Source of the DNA: a virus
Direction: 5' to 3' (one strand)
Length of the DNA: 64,000 nt
Virus record (IMG/VR): IMGVR_UViG_3300045988_150172
This document shows, one piece after another, positions 1 through 6,658 of this stretch. Positions within the stretch are counted from its first letter, which is position 1. Each line of letters opens with the position of its first letter. Both the position numbers and the translations under genes were made by a program. The notes beneath the pieces were generated by a model. The model searched no databases and was not told where the DNA came from. It worked only from the letters and a program-made list of their open reading frames with translations.

Positions 1-19
1 CAGGGGTAAAATAAGAAAA

Positions 20-66
20 AATCTAGAATTATTCTAGGATTTCAAAAGAAAAGTGGTTATATTTGT
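20..66 (+). promoter_or_regulatory. phage promoter cassette (inverted repeat + -7 box)
   Basis: Inverted repeat TCTAGAATTATTCTAGGA is followed by TATATTTG at 58-65, about 25 nt before the ATG at 90. The same architecture recurs through the window. TAnnTTTG matches the Bacteroides primary-sigma -7 consensus. Confidence 0.45.
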
Positions 67-89
67 AGTCATAAATTTATTAAATAAAA

Positions 90-653
90 ATGATTATGGA
101 AAACAAAGAATTGGCAGTACGAATGAAGATTCGGAGGCACAAAAATGACAGTGCAAAGTTGACGGAAATTATTGAATCAGCAACATCCACCGACTTGGAA
201 AAGAAGATTGCTTCAGAATACCTTAATAAGGTTACTGAACTAGGGTGTGATACCAGCAAATCTGATACGACAGCAGCCGACACGGTTGCTACCGAAGTTA
301 CAAGTTCAGAATTGACACCTGAGGAAGTTGATCGTCTTGGTGATGCAGAAAAAAGATTTGATAAGCGACAGGCTAATCGTAAGACACCATCTAAGGCTGA
401 TAAGAATATGCGTGAATCCAAAAGAAGCACCTCCGTTTCTACCAGTAATTTGCATGAAAGCAAAAGGGAGAATCTGGAAGAGTCTGTTGAGGTTTCCGGT
501 CTAAAGGTGGGCTCTATGGTTAGAATTGGTGATGAAGAGGGTGTTGTGGTACGTATTTATCGTAGTGCGGATGGTAAGGAGAAGTGTATGGTTAAGATAG
601 GTGACAATAAACCTATTAAGAAACGTGTTACTTCTGTGGAACTTATGAAATAA
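90..653 (+). CDS. hypothetical protein, beta-rich KOW/SH3-like C-terminus
   Basis: ORF track, follows a promoter cassette. C-terminus reads VGSMVRIGDEEGVVVRIYR..KCMVKIGD. No catalytic motif recognised. Confidence 0.6.
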   Translation: MIMENKELAVRMKIRRHKNDSAKLTEIIESATSTDLEKKIASEYLNKVTELGCDTSKSDTTAADTVATEVTSSELTPEEVDRLGDAEKRFDKRQANRKTPSKADKNMRESKRSTSVSTSNLHESKRENLEESVEVSGLKVGSMVRIGDEEGVVVRIYRSADGKEKCMVKIGDNKPIKKRVTSVELMK

Positions 654-662
654 TTAGAATTT

Positions 663-1397
663 ATGGTTGCAGATTCGGGAACCATAATCCTTATCAAGGG
701 AGTCAGTGGAAGCGGTAAATCTACAAGGGTTTACTGTTTCCTTGATTTTCTGGAAAGCATTGGTATGGAATTAAGACCATATCAGTTTGTGAACATTCTT
801 GGGCAGAAACAGGAAATAGGTGTGTATTCAGAAGAATTGAATATGCTTTTTCTTGGTAAGTTCTATGATGATAACGGAGTACGTAGATGGCAAGGTCTTG
901 ATGCTGTTACAGGACGACTGCATACAGCGGAAGGGCTTTCTTATTTCTTGAAATGGGCTGGTCAACAGAAGTTGAATGTTGTACTGGAGGGTGCTGGAAC
1001 GTCTGTGACATGGCGATTGCGCCCGATGGAGATATGTGCTGAATACGAATTCCTAAACATCCTATATTTAGTCTATACGTTTAAGTTGGAACAGTATGAT
1101 GACTATGTTAGGAGGATAGAGTATCGTTCCGGCAAGGCTCCGAAAAGCGACGCCATGTGGCGGAAGCGCAAGGGGTTTGAATCTGATTATGCTCAGACTG
1201 TGGTGGAAGCGAAGGACTTGAATATGGCTGGGGCTGATATCGTCATTAAGTATAATCTTTTTGATGCGGATCCATGGGATTTAGGTACAAGCATTATGCA
1301 GTATTTTGGTCTTGATGAACTGTGTGATGAATTTAGGCAGTTTGTGGAAAATAGTAGTTATATTGAAGAGAATTCTTTTGAAAACATTAGAAAATGA
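663..1397 (+). CDS. P-loop kinase (candidate 5-hydroxymethyl-dU DNA kinase)
   Basis: Walker A LIKGVSGSGKST near the N-terminus. The stop overlaps the next gene (ATGA). The specific function is inferred only from neighbours. Confidence 0.5.
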   Translation: MVADSGTIILIKGVSGSGKSTRVYCFLDFLESIGMELRPYQFVNILGQKQEIGVYSEELNMLFLGKFYDDNGVRRWQGLDAVTGRLHTAEGLSYFLKWAGQQKLNVVLEGAGTSVTWRLRPMEICAEYEFLNILYLVYTFKLEQYDDYVRRIEYRSGKAPKSDAMWRKRKGFESDYAQTVVEAKDLNMAGADIVIKYNLFDADPWDLGTSIMQYFGLDELCDEFRQFVENSSYIEENSFENIRK

Positions 1398-2404
1398 ATG
1401 GAATAGTTCCAAATGATAACCTGACATACTTATTCTATTGGTGCTGTGAACGAATGAACATATTCTGGAAGCGGTACAATGGGGAACAGCAGCCGTGGAC
1501 TAGTGATGAAATCTTACAGCAGTATAAGTTCACGAACGTGTATCGTGTGCTGGATAGGTCTAGTCAGTATATGCTTCGTAATGTCATCTATAATGGTAGG
1601 GAGTATTCCAGGGAAGACATGTTCTTTCGTATTCTACTGTATAAGCATTTTAATCTTCCTGAGACTTGGGATGCTCTTATGACTGAGTTTGGGGATATTA
1701 CCTATGATACTGGATGGGAGGATATTGCACGCTTTCTTGATGATAGAATTGAACATGAAGTCATTTATTCTAATGCTTTTATGTTGACAGGGTGGTTTTA
1801 TTCTCTTCCGGAGTATGCTAATATTCGTGGAGCATCAAAACATCGTGGGTATTTTGAAGTGTTTAGACGTAAAATTTTTGAGAATGGCGAAATTGAGGCC
1901 TTTCTTAATGCCACAGGCTTCGAAGAACTTTTTTATATGTTTAAGAAGTTGGAACCATTCAGTGATTTCATGGCACAGCAGTATTGTCTTGACCTGAATT
2001 ATTCTCCTTTATATGACTTCACAGAAAATGACTTTGTTGTAACTGGTCCTGGAAGTAAGAGAGGTATTCAATTTGCATTTGAGGGTGAACATAAACATGA
2101 TGGTGAAGCTGTCTTACAATGGACACAGGAACATTTTGAAGAGTTGATGGATAGGTTTTGTGAGGACACAGGTATGGTTTGGAATCCATTACCGTGGGAG
2201 CCAGTACCTACATTGACAAATATTCAAAATTGTTTTTGTGAATTATCAAAGTATGCTAAATGTATGGGTGTGCAGTTTAAGAAGAATACTAAAGGTAGAC
2301 TGAAGAATGTTTATACTACACCAAAATCAGAAATATCCTATATGTTTCCACGGAAATGGAATGTGGAAATGCCGTTAAAGGGGCAAATAGAAACTTATAA
2401 ATAG
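1394..2404 (+). CDS. candidate alpha-glutamyl/putrescinyl-thymine pyrophosphorylase-like protein
   Basis: 336 aa. The N-terminal motif PWTSDEILQQYKFTNVYRVLDRSSQY resembles, from memory, the aGPT-Pplase family. Sits between a P-loop kinase and a ThyA-family gene. Confidence 0.4.
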   Translation: MNGIVPNDNLTYLFYWCCERMNIFWKRYNGEQQPWTSDEILQQYKFTNVYRVLDRSSQYMLRNVIYNGREYSREDMFFRILLYKHFNLPETWDALMTEFGDITYDTGWEDIARFLDDRIEHEVIYSNAFMLTGWFYSLPEYANIRGASKHRGYFEVFRRKIFENGEIEAFLNATGFEELFYMFKKLEPFSDFMAQQYCLDLNYSPLYDFTENDFVVTGPGSKRGIQFAFEGEHKHDGEAVLQWTQEHFEELMDRFCEDTGMVWNPLPWEPVPTLTNIQNCFCELSKYAKCMGVQFKKNTKGRLKNVYTTPKSEISYMFPRKWNVEMPLKGQIETYK

Positions 2405-2412
2405 AAACGATT

Positions 2413-3528
2413 ATGTATTTTGAATTTGATAATCTTAGTCAGGCTCTTGTCGGGCTTTTGAGGGATCTTAAAAGTGCTGGTATTTGGACACGTAGAGGAA
2501 CCAACCCAGCAGGAAATATGTGCTTGGAATTTCCAGAAGCAGTCCTTATAAAGATAAATAATCCACTGAATAGATATGTCTTTGTTCCAGAGCGTAAATG
2601 GAATAAGACATTGGGGTGGATAGAATCCCTCTGGATTGCACGTGGAGATAATTGTTTGGAAATGCCGTCTGCCTATGTTAAGAACCTGTTGTCTTTTTCG
2701 GATGACGGTGAGACAATGCGTGCAGGGTATGGTCCGAGGATTCGTAACTATGGTGCTCATTTTGTGACAAGCTTTTACAAGAATGATGAATCATACAAGA
2801 TATATAGTCAGTATGATTCTAGGTGTATGAGTGCTGTAAAAGCAACAGACCAGTTGAGATTTATAGTGGATAAGTTTAAGCAGGATATTACCACCAGAGA
2901 AGCCGTAATTACCATTCATGATCCTATTGCTGATGACTTTAACAATGGAGAGATTCTTATAACAAAGGACACCCCATGTACGCGATCCATTCATTTTATG
3001 ATTGTTGACGGCAAGATGAACTGTTATGTGGATATGAGGAGTAATGACTTAATTTGGGGATTAAGTGCTGTTAATATCTTTAATTTTACCTTAATGCAGG
3101 AGTATGTTGCTGCAATGGTAGGTGTGCCTGTGGGGGCATACTATCATAAAGTTGATAATCTGCACATTTATGAGGGTTCACTTCCTATGCTTCAGAGTAT
3201 TATTGCGGTAAATGAGACACCACGAAGTCTTGAGATGTGGTCAGATTGGTACAGATTTTCGGAATGTAGTGATTGGCATGGTTATGAACATACATTTACT
3301 ACACTGGAGGAATTTGATATGCTGATTAGTCTGTTGTCTGTTTTTGAGCGAGGTGTGCGTGGTGCTGACGACTTACCGTATAGCAATAAGGAAGCTATCT
3401 CTGAGATAGAGTCCAAGTTTAGCGATGAACCTATGTTTAAGGACTGGGCAAAGGTTATTTATCGTAAGTGGTCAAAAGATACGTCTGTGACATTTGATAA
3501 TCCATACTTGACAAAGTTATTTATATAA
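2413..3528 (+). CDS. ThyA-family pyrimidine methylase/hydroxymethylase with C-terminal extension
   Basis: Motifs GYGPRIRNYG, TREAVITIHDP, catalytic-Cys motif DTPCTRS, MRSNDLIWGLSAVNIFNF (Asn retained, so dUMP-type) and NLHIYE. About 100 extra C-terminal residues. Confidence 0.8.
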   Translation: MYFEFDNLSQALVGLLRDLKSAGIWTRRGTNPAGNMCLEFPEAVLIKINNPLNRYVFVPERKWNKTLGWIESLWIARGDNCLEMPSAYVKNLLSFSDDGETMRAGYGPRIRNYGAHFVTSFYKNDESYKIYSQYDSRCMSAVKATDQLRFIVDKFKQDITTREAVITIHDPIADDFNNGEILITKDTPCTRSIHFMIVDGKMNCYVDMRSNDLIWGLSAVNIFNFTLMQEYVAAMVGVPVGAYYHKVDNLHIYEGSLPMLQSIIAVNETPRSLEMWSDWYRFSECSDWHGYEHTFTTLEEFDMLISLLSVFERGVRGADDLPYSNKEAISEIESKFSDEPMFKDWAKVIYRKWSKDTSVTFDNPYLTKLFI

Positions 3529-3557
3529 GTTACTTTAGAAACCATTGTGTATTGGAA

Positions 3558-3625
3558 CAGCCGTGCAACCTTGGTCTGGGAAGCCTGTGACAGGTGAGGA
3601 GAAAGTTCGAATCTTTTCACGGCTG
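3558..3625 (+). ncRNA. intergenic structured element with tRNA T-arm-like hairpin
   Basis: An 8-bp closing helix CAGCCGTG/CACGGCTG encloses CCTG-tga-CAGG and GAAAG-TTCGAAT-CTTTT (canonical T-loop sequence). Only 35 nt lie between the acceptor-like strand and the T-arm, so it is not a full tRNA. Confidence 0.3.
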
Positions 3626-3654
3626 CAATTGATTAAGTTAAAAATGATTTTGAT

Positions 3655-4200
3655 ATGAACTACAAAAAGATTGAATATCTGCTTCAGATGAAGCAGATAC
3701 AAAGACTTCCAAACGTTCCACACCACAGAAGTTATAATATTCTTGAACATGGGTTTGTCGTAGGTATGCTTTTTAGGTGGTTTGCTTCTGCTTGTGATGT
3801 ATCCTATGATATTAATGTGTGGGATAAGGTGCTGATGCACGACTATCTGGAGGCATTTACAGGCGATTTGAACTTTGTTGTTAAGAACCTTTCAGAGAAG
3901 ACTTCCAGTGCGTGGGCTACAATAGAGAAGGAGGTTTGTGATCGTGATACAGCGTTGAACCACTATTCTGATGAAGCTATAAAGTCTGCCATGACGGAAG
4001 AACAGTATACACTCTTTAAGGTGTGTGACTATCTCGATCTGTGGATTTTCTGTAAGCAGGAAGAAGCCCTTGGGAATACTACAACAGGGAATATGACCGT
4101 GATAAATAATTGTAAAAGGCTTATCTATAATCTTTGTGGGCAGGGGCAGAATAGAAAGTGGCTTCCTATTTTTGATTTTATGGCTAAATATCAAGCATAG
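3655..4200 (+). CDS. HD-domain 5'-deoxynucleotidase (YfbR-like)
   Basis: HHRSYNILEHGFVVGMLF and VLMHDYLEAFTGDL match the YfbR-type HD phosphohydrolase signature (H..HD..D). Confidence 0.7.
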   Translation: MNYKKIEYLLQMKQIQRLPNVPHHRSYNILEHGFVVGMLFRWFASACDVSYDINVWDKVLMHDYLEAFTGDLNFVVKNLSEKTSSAWATIEKEVCDRDTALNHYSDEAIKSAMTEEQYTLFKVCDYLDLWIFCKQEEALGNTTTGNMTVINNCKRLIYNLCGQGQNRKWLPIFDFMAKYQA

Positions 4201-4202
4201 TT

Positions 4203-4874
4203 ATGATGAAGATTCCAGTTGAAATATATGCCTTTGTTGGTGTAATAGGTTCAGGAAAGAGCCATCGTCTTGAACAGATGAAAAAGGAGTATAATGGCGA
4301 TGGTCAGGTTGTGATTACTGCTGATTTTTCCGATGGAATTCGTGATTTGACACGGCAGATATTTGGGTACAGTAGTGAATTTGGAGATGTAAATTCAGAA
4401 GAATATCGCGACTGGAAGAACAATGTTGTATGTGAATTTAGTGAGATGACTCCTTACGGTGTTATTGAAAATAAAATGAGGGGTAGGGAAATTCTGTGTC
4501 GTATTGGTGAGGGTGTAAAGAGTGTTGCAGGGGTGGATGTATGGGCTAGATACACAACAGCCAGAATTTATGATCAAGTATGCAAGCAGTCATTTCGTTC
4601 TGATGTCCGTGTGAATGGAGTGCGAGTATTGATTGGTTCCGTTCGGTTTAAGGATGAAGTTCAGTCTATTTTTCAACTATACAGGGATTTAATGGATAAG
4701 GCTCAATTCTTGGGTATGGAACCTCAGATTCATTTTATCTTCTGTGATTACCATTCACAGAGCTATGATGCTACAAGTCATCACATCAGTGAAGCATTTG
4801 CACAGGCAGTGATTAATTTGGGCAAGTATAAGGATGGGGATGATATTACTGAAATTGTAAATTACGTAGTATGA
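4203..4874 (+). CDS. P-loop nucleotide (dNMP) kinase-like protein
   Basis: Walker A FVGVIGSGKSH at residues 11-21. The stop overlaps the dnaE start. Confidence 0.5.
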   Translation: MMKIPVEIYAFVGVIGSGKSHRLEQMKKEYNGDGQVVITADFSDGIRDLTRQIFGYSSEFGDVNSEEYRDWKNNVVCEFSEMTPYGVIENKMRGREILCRIGEGVKSVAGVDVWARYTTARIYDQVCKQSFRSDVRVNGVRVLIGSVRFKDEVQSIFQLYRDLMDKAQFLGMEPQIHFIFCDYHSQSYDATSHHISEAFAQAVINLGKYKDGDDITEIVNYVV

Positions 4875-6352
4875 GACAGGAATTTGAACAGTATCTTCAA
4901 AGGAATTTAATGTCGTATAAGGAAGTCAGTCCTTATGTGTACGAAATAGGCGGCAAGACATTTGAACTTTATAAGCCTGACAATGACGGTGCTCTGTTTG
5001 ATGACGACTTTAGGTTCACAGGCATTCCGGCCAACCCAGACAGATATACTTCTTCGGAGACCACCATTGACACCCAGTGTGATTTCTATGCCTATAAGTT
5101 CGGTGGTGTGTGGTATATGCTTCCGAAGGATGGACGGGATGGTGTAAAGCTAAGACGGCTGAAATATATTGGAGAAGCTGTGCAGGAGATTCCTACGCCT
5201 GTTTTTATGGGTGTTCATGGTCAGTATGAAATTATGTCAGGCTCTGGAACCTATGCTGATTGGTGTGCAAAGGCAAAATTCTATGGGGTGACCACGCTTG
5301 GTATTTGTGAGAAGAATACTCTGTCGGGTGCTTTGAAGTTTCAGGTGGAATGCCAGAAGAATGGTTTGAAGCCTGTTATCGGAATGGAGTGTACCGTATA
5401 TGATACAGTTAAGGACTTTAGGTTTACTGCCAAGGTGTTTGTAAGAAACGAAGTTGGGTGGCAGAGTTTACTTACCATGTCGGAAGCTATTAACTGTGAT
5501 AATCCAGGGTATATATCTATTGACCAGTTTAAGGATGAAATTAGCCGAAATGCTGATGGGCTGGTGGTAGTTGCAGACCCCAAGACGACCGACTATGATA
5601 CATTCGCTAAAATAGGTCTAAAAATCGGTTATTATCAACTTGATCCTGTTAGGTATGTGGAAGAGTCTCGCGATGAAGTATATTTGAAGAATCTGAGGAA
5701 ATTCTATCATAGTGGTATGCTTGCACTTCCTATGGTTGATGCGTGGTATCTAGACGAAGAATATAGCTGCATTAGAGCTAGGCTTGCGAGTATAGGTGGG
5801 TCCAACTTTTATGACAGTGATGACCAGTGGTTTAAGCCGAATGATGTATTGTTCTGTCAGCTTGCTGACATGTTCCCAAGCACGGATGATGGTCTGGGGC
5901 TTGCATATCAGGACTTTTTGGATGGGCTGGAAAGGTTGATGGATATTGCTGACAGTATTGATTTTACTGTGGACACAACCAAGAGACATCTTCCACGTTA
6001 CATTATGACGGAAGAGGAAGCAGCCAAGTATGCCACCAATGAGGACATGTTCTGGGGGCTTATTGATGAGGGACTTCAGCGGCATCCTGAACTGATTGAA
6101 CGGTACGGTGAGGATGTTGTGATGGAACGTATTGACAGGGAGGTTGGCGTAATTAAGCTGGGGGATACAATTGATTACTTCCTAATTACAAGGGATATCA
6201 TTAACTGGTGTCATCGTAATGGCATTATGACAGGGATTAGTCGTGGTTCAGCCGGAGGGTGTCTTATTTCGTATCTGTTGGCTATCACTAAATTGGATCC
6301 GATAGGCTATAATCTTCTTTTTGAGAGGTTCCTGAATGAGGGTCGTGTTGGT
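4871..6352 (+). CDS. dnaE: DNA polymerase III alpha (DnaE) exon 1 / N-terminal PHP fragment
   Basis: PHP-domain motifs FMGVHGQYEIMSGSG, LGICEKNTLSG, KPVIGMEC, GISRGSAGGCLISYLL and LLFERFLNEGRV. The ORF reads on to a stop at 6506-6508, but similarity to DnaE ends near 6352. Confidence 0.85.
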
Positions 6353-6658
6353 TATTGGAAGGATGAACAGATTGTTATTATTAGTTTTGAGGATGGTCGG
6401 CAGATGGAATTTGATTCCAAGAAAAAACTTGTTGTAGAACGTAACGGCCAACACATAGAATTATGTGCGAAGGATTTTGAAGTCGGGGACAATATACTTG
6501 CATATTGATGATAATTCATGATTATATTCACGGAATGTGTTATTAAAGTATAGATAATATAATTATGTCGAAGATAACAAAAATTAAGATTGAGGACAGG
6601 AAGGGATTCGTGCGTGTTTCCCTTCCTGACGAGTAGCCCCCATCAGTAATGGTGGGGG
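6353..6658 (+). other. intervening sequence in dnaE (putative group I-like intron)
   Basis: The conserved DnaE motif is split, with RVG upstream and QSEIDVDF downstream. The downstream part is in frame but has no start codon before M6716. The candidate 5' site follows U6352 and the 3' site follows G6658. Strong hairpins lie at 6598-6627 and 6635-6660. Confidence 0.45.
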
